Source of the DNA: Octopus sinensis
Lineage: Eukaryota
Assembly: GCF_006345805.1 (NCBI RefSeq)
Contig: NC_043002.1
Coordinates: 46,748,001 to 46,812,000, forward strand
Reading direction: 5' to 3'
Length of the DNA stretch: 64,000 bases
In this document: positions 25,143 through 37,499 of the stretch, one piece after another
Layout of the letters: every line of letters begins with the position of its first letter
How positions within the stretch are numbered: position 1 is the first letter of the stretch
Made by a program: the position numbers and the translations under genes
The notes under the pieces: generated by a model
What the model was told of the DNA's origin: nothing
The model's input: only the letters and a program-made list of their open reading frames with translations
Database searches by the model: none

Positions 25143-28100
25143 AATCCTACAATACAAAATCAACAACAACCTAACTTAAATACAATCCGAAAAATACGAA
25201 AAAAATTTCAAATCTTCACCAGTCACCAAGCGAAGTGATATTAACTGTTAATAAACAAAGTAAAAATAAACTAGTAAACGCAAGGACTACTCTCATTTTT
25301 CTTTTATAAAACTGTTTACAATATAGAAGAGCTGAGTGAAAGTAGCGCAACGAAGCACTAAATGCTCTACATGCTATGATAAAACCAGGCCAGAATTTGG
25401 TATTATAAGTCCGTAGTCGATAAAAAATAAATAACACCAATATACAATCTAGATTTTGTCTACTATACTCCTTCGCACTTAATGAAAAAAAATATAACAA
25501 AACAGAAAAACAAACGAATCTAACAATACATAAACATCACACTTTCCTCATTCCTTTAAGCCTAAAAATTACCCCCCTCCCCACAAATCGATATCAACTC
25601 GCACCTTATCAAAACTTTCACACATTGTCTAAAATATGTCAATAATAAGTAAAGATTCTGACTGACAAGATCTTAGAAAGTTTTATATATCAACGCCCAC
25701 AGAGCTGTTCAGTAAAACATTATAACTGCACCAAATTAGCAACTCGCACACTTTATTTTCCCAGTCTTTTATGTGGTTCATATAACACAAATTCTCTTTC
25801 AAGTTGTCGGCGACCTGTCTACTCGTACGGTTTAGCAGCCAAGTCAGTTATTCTTTGATGCTGAACCGCTTTTCAGAGTTAGCAAGTGATGCCGTTGTCG
25901 ATTGATCTTATTTGTTTATTTATTTATTTCTACATTACTACTATCATTAATTCAGTGTTGGTTGGAAAGTTTAAATTAGAGTAGACTATAGTGATAGTAA
26001 CGTAGAGCTAAAACTAAACGATAGCAGTAGTTGTGGTTGTATACAACAGGACTAGTTGTATAGTTAGATTTTGTAATTTATATAGCAGTAATAGCCTGAG
26101 TATTTAGTATTAGGCCGCTCCGATCTAGGATGCATTATAGATATATAAATCGTCCCAAATACTTGATTGGTACTTTATTTTATCAACTCTGGAATGATGA
26201 GAGTCAAAGCTGACATCGGCGAGAATTGAACTCAGACCATATAGGGCTGTACTCGAATGATATAAACGATGGTTTTAAGTATTTCAGTAATGATTGTGGT
26301 TGATGTTTGTTACTGCAATGATCTACGTGTTTGTAATTAACAGGACTTTATGTGATACACCCACTGTACCGAAACAAGCGCTGGGAGTGAAGTATATATA
26401 TCTGAATACTAATTAAGAAACGTTTTTTCCATGACGAAATTTTCCCCCAATGACATGAAATCATACATAAATATATACACATTCGTTTATGCATTATTAT
26501 GGATTAAATATTTATACACTCACACGCACACACATGTATGTATATTTACACACACACCTCGCAAATCGTTCACCTCTTTAAACTGAACAATATCCTCACG
26601 GGAGAATTAATGAAACAAAAAGCTATAATAAACACAACTCTAACTATAAGGAGTCTATATTAATTATACTATTTTCCACTATCAGTAAAGAAAAAAAGTC
26701 ACAACATAAATGTAATAATAATAAGAAAAATATAACAGGAGATATAGTGAACCTACAGCTTTAGTATTGCGTAAAAGTTAATTGCACAACATTCTGAAAC
26801 ACATAAACGACGTTTTTGTTTAAGAAATAAGAAAATGCACCTTCATGTTAGTGAATAAATATCCCGATCACAAATAAATAAAACGGCGAAACTATGCCAA
26901 TAAAACTATCGAGTTTATCGTAACTAAAAATAAAGAATAATTCTTAAACCAAATATTGCTAGTAACGTCCTAATGTAAAGCATATTTCTTAATTCTCCGG
27001 ATGTGTGTACTTCGGGATCCAAACTTAAGTTCTACGGTAATTTTTTCATAGTTTAATAGAGATGATTTTTATGTAATGTCTGAATCACTGAAGCAGCGCT
27101 GATTATAGCATAACTTTCTTAAGAGGGTTACTCTTTCGACGTCATTAGTAATTTAGCACTTCACGTTTTTCATGAATTTCTGGATAAGACTCCACTTCTA
27201 ACGCCGTGTGAAATCACTCAATAAGATATTTAAACTCAAAAGCCGACTTAGTAAATCGACATTTCACATAGTCTTTCCTCATGCCAGACATAATAAACTA
27301 AAGTCAATGATTTATATACGTTGATACAGAAATAATATTTTAAAGCGACAAACTATAAAATTATTTTACCTGTGGACGCATATTTGTGTGTTGTAGCCGT
27401 TAGTTTGAGGAACAAGTGCATGTAATTTTTAAGAGCGCTTCTTTATTTACCTCACTTTTTTTTTTTCATTACATGGGCATTTCAAAATGAGAAGAAAGAA
27501 AATTCACCTGCATTTGTATCAATATTTATTCCAATTTCAATTTCATACTCCCAGAGAATATCTTTTCACATACATATTTATCTGCGATGAATCACAAACG
27601 TTTACCATCTTTTACCTCGATTCACTTATTTTGATTACCTCATGTATCATATTCCGTAGGAAAACAAATTTTCTTCAAAGACAGTTATATTGTCATTCGT
27701 CCATATTTCTAAAACAAATTCTCCATAAATTATAATTTGAAAGTCTGTATTTAGTAAATGACATAAGAATCAGTGAAAATATGGTATGATGCAACGTAAT
27801 AACAAAGGCAGTGCTATCCTCCAAAATTAGGTGGGATGTAGGGTCAACATGGAAAGGGAGGTTCAGTAAAACGAAATGCAATTTTATTTATTATGGTCTT
27901 GGAGATTACGAATGGGAAGAAATTCATCAAGAGGAGAAATGAGTGGGAGATGAGGTGGTTACAAAGTTCGCTAGTCCAAAGAACAAAAACATTGTAGTAA
28001 AGTAGAACAGACAAGAATTATCTAGTTCAACAGTGTATCATAGGTTGAGAGTTGCTTTTCAAGCAATTTAAAAAAAATAAATTTTTTTTTACAGATGTAG

Positions 28101-28502
28101 TGCTGTGAACACCATCTGAAATATGAATGGTACACTGGTGTATGCTATATCTTTAGGAAATACATGTGGATTGTGTTGAATGTAAAATGGAACATCGTTA
28201 GTGAGTGAGCTGCTTTTAGCTGTGTAATGCGTTGTCTGCTCTTGAATAGTGATGAACATTGCATGTTTTTGTGAGGTAACATTTGACAGCGTACAAGTTT
28301 ATTCTAAATTCCGCTTTCCCTCATACCTTCTCATCCATACTTATTAAATGTGTAGCCCTGGATCCCCGACACAACTCACCTTATCACTCTACCCCTCCCT
28401 TCTCATTAAACTCTGACATTAACCCCCTTCTTTTCCTTGTCCCTTCCATACTCTCTCATCCAATAGTGACTACTCTTCTACTCTTTCCATTACCTATTTC
28501 TT

Positions 28503-28726
28503 TATTACCCACAAGGGGCTAAACACAGAGGGGACAAACAAGGACAGACATAGGTATTAAGTCGATTACATCGACCCCAGTGCGTAACTGGTACTTAATT
28601 TATCGACCCCGAAAGGATGAAAAGCAAAGTCGACCTCGGCGGAATTTGAACTCACAACGTAACGCAGACGAAATACCGCTAAGCATTTCGCCCGGCGTGC
28701 TAACGTTTCTGCCAGCTCGCCGCCTT
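28503..28726 (-). mobile_element. tRNA-derived SINE family B, CpG-intact copy
   Basis: Head AAGGCGGCGAGCTGGCAGAAACGTTAGC..GAGTTCAAATTCC, central GTCGACTTTGCTTTTCATCCTTTCGGGGTCGATAAA..AGTACCAG. Other copies at about 9921-10135 (+), 20405-20625, 34612-34815 and 47172-47358 (-). Confidence 0.9.
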
Positions 28727-29123
28727 ACCACCTTCTCATCATACTTTACCTTCTCTCATCACACTGTCTAGAATTATTGCACCGTCTTTTCCATTCTCTT
28801 GCTATATAGGAGGTGTCTTTAAGCCCTTAATCTTTTAAGGTGTAAAGCAACTGATTAGTGTTGGTGACCAGAATCAAAACAAAGAAACAAACAAAAAAAA
28901 AGAAACACCACACCCATTAAAACCATGCCAAAGTATACATGGGCACATAATATGGTCCTTCAACTCCTTGGATCCTGTAAACTGTTCAAACCATACCTGC
29001 ATAGAAAACAAATGTCAAATAAAAATGATGATGATGGTAGTACTGGTGGTCAAGGAGCAATAACTATAAAAATACTTAAAGATAACTATTGAAAAATATT
29101 AATTTTTCAAAGTCTTGTAATCG

Positions 29124-29129
29124 TTTATT
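29124..29129 (-). promoter_or_regulatory. Candidate polyadenylation signal of the myosin gene
   Basis: AATAAA on the minus strand with a T-rich stretch downstream, close to where CpG depletion ends. Alternative hexamers lie at 29582-29587 and 29834-29839. Confidence 0.4.
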
Positions 29130-29402
29130 TTGATCGGTTATGATTTCTAAATCTACTCTTGGCATTTTCTTTGTTTGAGCTACAGTTCATTGCTACAGTT
29201 CACCTATCTGATGGCAGTAGGCACCAAATCATCTGATAATGTTATTTGTGATAGACTTGTGTTGTATCCAAAGGGAAATTTATCTTCAAATACTTCATGC
29301 TATCAAACTAAGAACTAAGTACTATTGTATCAATTAGTTCTCCACCTAGGGGGATATTTATTATGCATTTACTTTCTAAGCCTCATCCAAAATTATCTCT
29401 TA

Positions 29403-29438
29403 TCAAATAGATATTACTTTATCCTGTCGAACTTCAGA
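29403..29438 (-). CDS. MYO1C: Candidate alternative terminal exon of the myosin (SEVRQDKVISI*), or 3' UTR exon
   Basis: Strong acceptor ttcgtttgttttttacag at 29439, open in phase 0 for 11 codons to TGA. No transcript evidence. Confidence 0.4.
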   Translation of the reverse strand, partial: SEVRQDKVISI

Positions 29439-30164
29439 CTGTAAAAAACAAACGAAGTCAACCATCTTTGCCGCAGATCATTGAGCATAAAGCTCTTCTG
29501 GTTGATATTATGTGATTGTATTTATCTGACTCGATTCTGTCTTTCTTGTTCCCATGTGCGTATTGTATAATATGTAATGTATTTATTGTGACAAGGAGTG
29601 GGGGGTTTCTAGCACAATCTTGTCAGTATGACTTGTAAATAATATATCACTTTCGATGATTAGTAACAATATTGGAAAGCTTGAAAATGATGAAATAAAA
29701 ACAAACAAGAAAACAACATTAAAAGGCACTTGCTAGTAACACTGGCTAGCACCATTTCTTTTTAATCATCAGATTGTATCAAAAGCTTATACAACTTTGC
29801 ACAGGCCTGTGTGTCTGATTTAACTACAGTTTCTTTATTTGATCATTCTGGTAAAACATACAAACTCACAAGTGGCCTATTTTATATTAAGGGAGCGCAA
29901 AAGAAAGAAGAGAGATAGGAAAGATTTTCAAGAAAAGGAGAAGAAAAAATGAAAATGAAAGTAGATATATTATTTATCGAAGCTGAAGTTGTTGAGAGAA
30001 GCTGCAGTTTTTAAGTAGTTTGACAGCAATTTCTATATCACAGGGAGCAGTAGAGGCAGAAAGATCTTTGAATGCAGTGCTCTGGTCATTTGAAAATCCT
30101 CAATGTGGAAACTGCATTGTCATAGCACCTGGACAGCCTGAAGGGTAGGAACTTACTTTTCAGA

Positions 30165-30185
30165 TCACTGTAATGGTGGAGCAAC
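30165..30185 (-). CDS. MYO1C: Myosin-IC-like terminal coding exon (VAPPLQ*)
   Basis: ttttatttccag acceptor, then GTT GCT CCA CCA TTA CAG TGA. Parallels the vertebrate MYO1C end VAPRLNSR* (recalled). Confidence 0.85.
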   Translation of the reverse strand, partial: VAPPLQ

Positions 30186-30368
30186 CTGGAAATAAAATGA
30201 ATGATTACTTGGAATGGAAGATTTGAATTTCAGAAATTTATAAACATATACCTTGAGAGTTTGTTTTGGCATATCACCACTATCATCTTTATCTCCTTCT
30301 TGGCTCATGATTGTAATGTTGTGAGTATGATTCTCAGTAGTGCATTGTGTCCTTGAGCAAGATACTTT

Positions 30369-31107
30369 GGATCTTTTCGGTTTGAACGGCAGTTTTTTTC
30401 TAGCGGTGTCATATGAAATTGTCACCCATAATTATGACCCTAGTATCGATCTATTGCATTTCAATCTGTTTTAGGGTTAGGGGTGGGGGGAAGGGTATCT
30501 TTTTTTTCTTCACAAATGTAAATAAACCCAATCTGTTTCTTAAACGAGGGACATATTCATATAGCACAGAATGTTTTTTTACCTCAATAGATGTCATTGA
30601 TTGGTTGAAATTGCAGAAATTGAAGAAAAAACAACAAATATCTTACAAACTATAGAATTTTCTCAATAAAGCCAAGAGAAAACTTGTTTCAGTCATTTGA
30701 CTGCGGCCATGCTGGAGCACCGCCTTTAATCGAGCAACTCGACCCCAGGACTTGTTCTTTTGTAAGCCCAGTACTTATTTTATCGGTCTCTTTTTGCCGA
30801 ACCGCTAAGTAACGGGGACATAAACACACCAGCATCGGTTGTCAAGCAATGCTAGGGGGACATACACACACACACAAACACATATATATATATATACATA
30901 TATACGACAGGCTTCTTTCAGTTTCCGTCTACCAAATCCACTCACAAGGCATTGGTCGGCCCGGGGCTATAGCAGAAGACACTTGCCCAAGATGCCACGC
31001 AGTGGGACTGAACCCGGAACCATGTGGTTGGTTAGCAAGCTACTTACCACACAGCCACTCCTACGTGAAATTATTTTAAAAAACTGCCGTTAAAACCGAA
31101 AAGATAC
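30369..31107 (+). mobile_element. GGATC-terminal MITE copy 2, carrying a SINE and itself inserted in a SINE
   Basis: Near-identical to copy 1 at both ends. SINE insertion at 30682-31062. Confidence 0.85.
30682..31062 (-). mobile_element. SINE family A copy, young, nested in a MITE
   Basis: Close match to 14547-14982, CpGs intact. Confidence 0.9.
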
Positions 31108-32269
31108 AACACTTTATTTCACATTGCTCTAATTCACTCAGCTGGCAAAAGTGAGTTATATTTGTAGTCCAAAGGGCCAGCCTTGTCACATTCTGTGTCA
31201 TGATAAATCTCTCTCAGAACTACATTATGAGTACACATATCTCTAGAATGCTGAGCCACTTGCATGTCTATTTCATGAGCAGGCTGTTCTGTTGATCAGA
31301 TCAACTGGGACCTTCATTGTTGTAACCAATAGATTGACAATTAACTACTCCTAACCACCCCTATATAATGTGTGGTTGCCATGTATCCCTTCTGTAGCAA
31401 GACACCTAATCTGTTCCTCAATTATATTTTAGCCTTTCAACATTTTGCATAAAGCTACTTTGCCTTCAAATACTCTCCTGCTCACTTAGTACTATCAAAT
31501 GATAATGATGATAATGGCTGTTCACAGAGATAAAAAATATAATAAACAAAATATACAACAGCTGATTGACATAATTGGTAGTTTGTAGAATTCACTTGTA
31601 ATTTATAGAGTTCTAAATACTAATTACAAACACCAAGGAATGATTTCTCACTGTATGCAAAACATTTGTTGTTGCATAGCTTCTAACTAGGTTAGTTTGA
31701 GCAGATCAATAGCAAAGACTTAATCAATTCTTTAACAGTAAAACACATTTACAACACCCCATATTTTCAGATCTAAACTGCTCTGTGATTAGTTTGGGAT
31801 CAAGTGTCATCAGTACTTTGGTGTTCTACATATAATCACCTGGTTGCTAATGTTGATCCTTTTGATCAAAAATTTACATCTTAAAACCTGTTGTACAGTT
31901 CCCATTTTTAAAGCTGATAGAAACTTTGTTGAGAGAAATTTGACTGCTATATTGGGCAAGTCAAGCAACTTTACACGGGATTAACATTTCCAACACAAAA
32001 GATTGTACTTATATCTGTATATATATAAGGCAGGATGTGTGTATGTGTATGTGTGTGTGTGTGTGTACGTGAATGTAGTTTATGCACATCCACAAATTAG
32101 CATGCATGTTGCTCAAATTTTAGGAGGACATTTGTCATGATCCTAGCAGTATTTTCGTCAAATCATTTTCCCCCAAGGCAGCTGTCAAGTAGAGCAGCAA
32201 GAAGGAAGCTACTTCTTTGACCAGCCAATATCAAGTAGAGAAAATATTGGGCCAATAAGATGGTGGAGA

Positions 32270-32954
32270 GGCCACTAGCATTTTGGGACACTGTCATATT
32301 CTCCAATGAGTCCAGATTTGCTGTATTTTCTGCCAGTGGTTGAGTGTGGGTCTGGAGACTCTGTGATCAAGAATTTCATGTGAAAAGATTGCAGCCAACA
32401 ATGAAATATGACAGCTATTCTGTGATGTTCTAGGGAGCAATGGTCACTCAGAGCTAGTGGAGTGTGAGGGAAACATAAACTCTGATAAATATATGTTCAT
32501 ATTGTAGAAAGGACTTCTTCCAATCTTCTCCAGTGGTAAAATGATTAAAGAAGACTATTTATGTAACACAGCTAGAATGACCCAAGATGTGTTGGATGAG
32601 AATGGCATTAATAAGCTTCTCTGGCCAAACCAGTTACCATATGTGAACCCTACTGAACACCTCTGGGGCATAATGGACAGGACACTTCATAAAAAGAACA
32701 AGAAAGCATCTTCAAAGCCAGATCTTTTGAGATTACTGCATGAAACTTGGCAAGAAATTCCTCAAGAGAATATTCGTCATTCTGATCATTAACATGCCTA
32801 ATAGGATCCTTGCATTGAAAATGCAAAGGGCATGTCTACTAAATATTAAATATTCACATTATAACAATTAATAAATAATTTGAATGTATAATTTCAGATT
32901 TAAATAAATTTTAACAGTTGTAAAGGTGTCTATTTACTTCTGTCATATCTGTGT
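32270..32954 (+). mobile_element. Tc1-like transposon 3' remnant
   Basis: WPNQLPYVNPTEHLWGIM..ETWQEIP matches Tc1 WPSQSPDLNPIENLW. Followed by a Tc1-like terminus ending in TA. Confidence 0.85.
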
Positions 32955-33269
32955 ATATATTCAATGGGCTTCTTTCAGTTTCTGCCTACCAAATATACTC
33001 AGAAGACTTTGGCTAGCCTGTGGCTATAATAGAAGACACTTGCCCAAGGTGTCATGCAGTGGGACTGAACCTGGAGCCATGTAGTTGGAAAGCAAACTTA
33101 TTACTATACAACTATGCCTGCACAAAATTTTATTACTTCATTCATTAGTGAGAAGAATTAGTCACATGTTCATGTTAATACATAATAAATTAATGTATTA
33201 TCATATATAATCATAAATAACAAGTTTGCTGAATATATGAATATGCTGTAAATATATGATAAATCAGGT

Positions 33270-33560
33270 GTTAAGACTTGGTCTGATGAGAGCAAAGACT
33301 GTTGAAGGTGATGTAAAGGTTCTGATGTTAGACACAAGTCAAGGGTGTTGGAGGAGTCAGTGTGTCAGTGTCATTAACAATACAGATAGGCAAAGAAACT
33401 AATTGATGTGTAGATAGTTCGATCTGGTGTCTCTATCTGCATTGTTGGTGTAGGAAGAGGGCAAGAGCCACGAGGAGTTGTGAGCAATGAAATCGTTGAG
33501 GATAAAAACAAAGGAAAGAGCCTAGGTCTTTTAAACAGCATTATAGGTCCCTGAGTAAAG
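33270..33560 (-). mobile_element. LINE endonuclease remnant
   Basis: NTLDLCLTSEP..SSD resembles the APE C-terminal LDL..T....SDH. Confidence 0.4.
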
Positions 33561-33894
33561 CAATGAACTGTGGACACCTATATGAATAACCACAGCAAAT
33601 ATAAATTAGCTTTGAGTCCTATGATGCATGGAGTCCTCAGACAACTACCCAGTGTGTCTATGCCTTAAGTTGGTACTAGAGAGAATTAAATTGTGCAAGA
33701 TGTTTTTGATGCAGAACAAGAATTAGTGAAACAATAACTGTGTGGCTGGAAAGAAAAACAAACATGAATAAAAGCATTCTTGTGATGCTAAAATAAATGT
33801 AACACTAAACTGATCCCAGAAGTGAGATACTGAAAGGCAGTGAATCCATAGTGATAAGTGAATATTTATTAAGAGGACCTATCCAACACAAGTT

Positions 33895-34562
33895 GGATCT
33901 ATTCCATCTCAATCACAGATTTTTTTAATTAATTTTTTTTTAACTAAACAGTTTGAAACTTTGAATACTGGTACAATTTCTCATGTAGAACACGAGATGT
34001 ATTGTTATTGTTGTGATTTTATCTTACCATAATCAACAATAAACACATTTCGTCAATATAAAAGTCTTTATTAGATAAAAAATAACATCAAAACATGAAA
34101 GTAAAACAGAACAAATAGCGGGTTATACACTGGAAAATACAGTAATTGTAGTGGCAGTGACAAGTTCACTCGCTGGCTGCTAGTTGATAGTGTAGAAGGG
34201 AGGGAAAGAGTAAGGAATGTACAGTGCTGACTAGAATGGAAGAAAGAATAAAGGTGGTTTGTTCACCATAAGAATAGAACAGAGTGGTGACATTTAGTAG
34301 AGATGACCTGGAAGTTGTTTTTCTTTGATTACTATCGCAAACAGCAGTAGCTTTCTTCAACCGAATACACATTGTTGATTGGTTGAAATTATCCAAATCC
34401 AACAACTTTAACATGAAATAACTTCTAAAATACGAAATTTGTCAAAAACATTCAGAGTAAACCATGTTCTATGTGAGAAATTCTACCAGTATTTGAAGTT
34501 TCAAACTGTTTAGTTAAAAAAAAAATTAATTAAAAAATCTGTGATTGAGATGGAATAGATCC
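33895..34562. mobile_element. Long-TIR MITE (Mutator-like)
   Basis: ~105-bp inverted termini starting GGATCTATTCCATCTCAATCACAG. Degenerate 9-bp flanks ACACAAGTT/ATGTATGTT. Confidence 0.8.
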
Positions 34563-35041
34563 ATGTATGTTATGATGCTGATCCAGGAGAAATAAAGTAA
34601 TATTCTCTCTAATTTTGGCACAAGACCAACAGTTTTGAGAAGAGTAATTTGATTACATTGACCCTAGTACTTGACTGGTACTTTATTTTATTAACTCTGA
34701 AAGGCTAAAAATAAAAGCTGACAACAGTAGGATTTGAACTCAGAATGTAAAGAGTTGGAAGAAATGCCATAAGCATTTTGCTTGATGTGCTAATGGTTCT
34801 ACCAGCTCACTACCTTGAAATATAGTAATACTGGATACAAACTTCAGATAACAGTTCAATTTTTAATTAATTGACTAAGAGCATATCAAAATATAATTCA
34901 GATTACTCTAACAAAAACAAACAAAAAACAAAATAACCTAATTAGTTACCCTAATAAAAATAAACTAAAAAAATCAAACAGCTGATAATGAAATGAAATG
35001 AAATAGTTCATTAATATTAAATTATGTAAACTAGAACTTAC

Positions 35042-35141
35042 AACAACAAGGCCTCCTGCTTTGTTTTTCTTTACAGAATATACAGCCCCTTTGGAGAACT
35101 GAATGTTTCCTTGTTTACCACTTGATACATCATGCGTAATA
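35042..35141 (-). CDS. MYO1C: Myosin-IC-like exon 6 ((S)ITHDVSSGKQGNIQFSKGAVYSVKKNKAGGLVV)
   Basis: cttttttctatag acceptor, gtaagt donor, 100 nt, phase 2 to 0. Resembles the MYO1C C-terminal SITF..G.G..G.IDF...K.KNG.L.V. Confidence 0.92.
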
Positions 35142-35565
35142 CTATAGAAAAAAGAAAAAGCAAATCAAATATGATAATTCTAACTGAAAGGAAACAGAAA
35201 AAAGAATTGTTTTAATATAATTCAAAAATTTTGAGAAATGCCAACCAAATAATCTATCAGATTGAACACTTCTCAAATCATAAGCACTATAAAGATAGCT
35301 GCTGAGTTTTCTATTTTATTTCCTTTCACTCATAATTACTAGGTCTGTGTTCACAGCTCTACCTCTGTCATCAATTTGTAGTTGGCATCAGAGTAGGTTT
35401 GAGTCATAGTAAGTAAGAAAAGTCACTGCAAGAATTGGTGGCTTGGTGTGCTGAGAGCATTCAGGTTTTGAGGCTTCATTTTATAGGAGCAGAGATGTTG
35501 ATGGTAATATAATGGTTGAGATACTCAAAATTAACAAAAAAAGATATTATTGTGGGCTATAATAA

Positions 35566-35705
35566 CAGGGGCGGACCCAGTGGTAGGGTGGGCCTAATGG
35601 GCACATGCACCCCTCATGAAAAGAAGTCGTCCTTCTAAATAATGTTATTATGCCTTTTTCTTCTGGAATTGTATTCCCTTAAAAAAATTCCTGGGACTGT
35701 GCCTG
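35566..35705. mobile_element. Small PIF/Harbinger-like MITE
   Basis: Termini CAGGGGCGGACCCAG/CTGGGACTGTGCCTG, 11/15 inverted match. Confidence 0.4.
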
Positions 35706-35981
35706 AATATATTAGTATGTTGAGCACACTTTCCCATTTACAGATATGAGAAAGGAACAGTTCACAGCTTAAGATCCTTTTAGCAGTACTCATTACAGAG
35801 GATCTGTAATGCGGGTTTCTTGTTGAAAGGAACCTCAAATGCATCTGTAATTTATTTGGATGACAATAAGAATGATGAAATGAGATAGTTCAAGCAGAAA
35901 TCAAACCTGTATTGTAGTCTCAGCTCACTGAGAGCTTGCCATTACTTTATGACATTCTAAATATTGCAAAATATATCTTAC

Positions 35982-36082
35982 CTATTTCCTTCGGCAACTG
36001 TCACAAGGTTAGACTTGCTAGTAGCTACAGCAATTTTGGTAAGGGCCTCAATCAAATAGTCACTGTGAAGTATTAAATCACC
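35982..36082 (-). CDS. MYO1C: Myosin-IC-like exon 5 (GDLILHSDYLIEALTKIAVATSKSNLVTVAEGN)
   Basis: ttttttatcag acceptor, gtaaga donor, 101 nt. Completes the conserved K|GD..L.S...IE..TK motif across a 16.8-kb intron. Confidence 0.93.
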
Positions 36083-37499
36083 CTGATAAAAAATAAAAAT
36101 TATTCCAAGTCATAAACTTGGTAATAAATGTGAAATAATTAATATACTACTGTTGCGTTTTAGTTATAATTAAGTTGTCTATGGCAAGTTGACTTATTTC
36201 ATTATGAGGAATTGAAGGAGTTTTGTAAGTGCAGAAATCTAGAACTGCGTGCCATTTTTATCCAAACCAACAGTTATTTTCTGTATAAGGCTGCATGGAA
36301 AAGAAGCAGTGTATAATTTAGTATAATAAAACTAAATGAAAAAAAAAATATGATTAAGGAACTGAAGAGATCCAGACATACAGCTTTTAGATACATGCCA
36401 AATTTAATGACTTGATTTCTTTTGAGTTAGAAATGCAAGTTTATCTTTCAAATTGAATTAATTATCTTATTTGATACTGGGATTTTTATTTACTGCAGAA
36501 AGATGAAAGAGTCACTCTTTTGAATGGGAATAAACAGTAATTGGAGTATTATTAAACACTGCTTTCTGATTGCCGATTTCAAAAGGGCGCCTATGTGGTC
36601 ATTCAACCTGCTTTAATTAACTGTCAAATCCCATTTGTTTTACACAACCATCTTAAAAGGGGATGACTATGACTTAAATGCTGGTCAAATGATGTATGTT
36701 TGTTACACAGAAACACCTGCAAAAACATGAGTAGACATCATCAGAACACAAAACTAAACATGAAACAAACCATAAAATTTTCTAAAGCAATGTTTTCAAA
36801 AAAATATTCATACAAATACAAACAACACTATTTACAAAACTTCTACATAAATGCACAATGTTAACAACAACAAAAATACTATATACTGTCATTTTCTCCT
36901 ATTTTGACGCCACAAAATTCATTCATTAATTTAACACCTGCTTATTTCTTGCTAGTATGGATTAGATGTGGATTTATTTGAAGCAAAATTTTATGACCAG
37001 AAGCTCTTCCTGTTACCATATCTTACCTGTTTTTCAACTAAGAAATTGTTTATTTCACAGGTCTTTGAAAGCACAGACAGATCAAATGTAATATCATCAA
37101 TGAATGTATACATCAACACTGCTTCATTCAAACAGTAGCAAGCATGGAATATCAACATATATACACACACACAGACACATATATTATGAGTTTCCTACAG
37201 TTTCCATCTACCACAAAGCATTGATGGGCCCAGGGCTATAGTGTAAGAATGCTTGTCTAAAGTGCTGTGCAATGGGATCCAGGACAAGAATACATTAAAA
37301 AAATGTCATAACTCACAGAGTTAAACTTTGTAAACAATACGGAAAAAGTTTAAAATACCAAACTAAAAAAGTAATAACTACAAGTATTATGAAACTATTA
37401 TTGTTAGTTCAAAAAATATTAACATATACAATGTAGGATACCTCAAATTTCTAATTATATTCTGATGTACATATCAGCACAGCTAAGGCTTCATAGTAT

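Larger units (their letters stand above)
30300..31340 (+). mobile_element. tRNA-derived SINE family D, split by the MITE at 30369-31107
   Basis: GTGTCCTTGAGCAAGATACTTT resumes as ACACTTTATTTCACATTGCTC after the MITE. Confidence 0.6.

Noticed and set aside
25216-25290. Signal-peptide-like MRVVLAFTSLFLLCLLTVNITSLG on the minus strand
   Set aside because: Hydrophobicity is expected from T-rich DNA, the donors are weak (GTGACT/GTGAAG), and the only plausible downstream acceptor (about 22650) falls in a Penelope-like remnant.
30165-30425. 86-aa minus ORF ending VAPPLQ
   Set aside because: Only the last 7 codons are exonic; the rest reads through intron, SINE D and the MITE.
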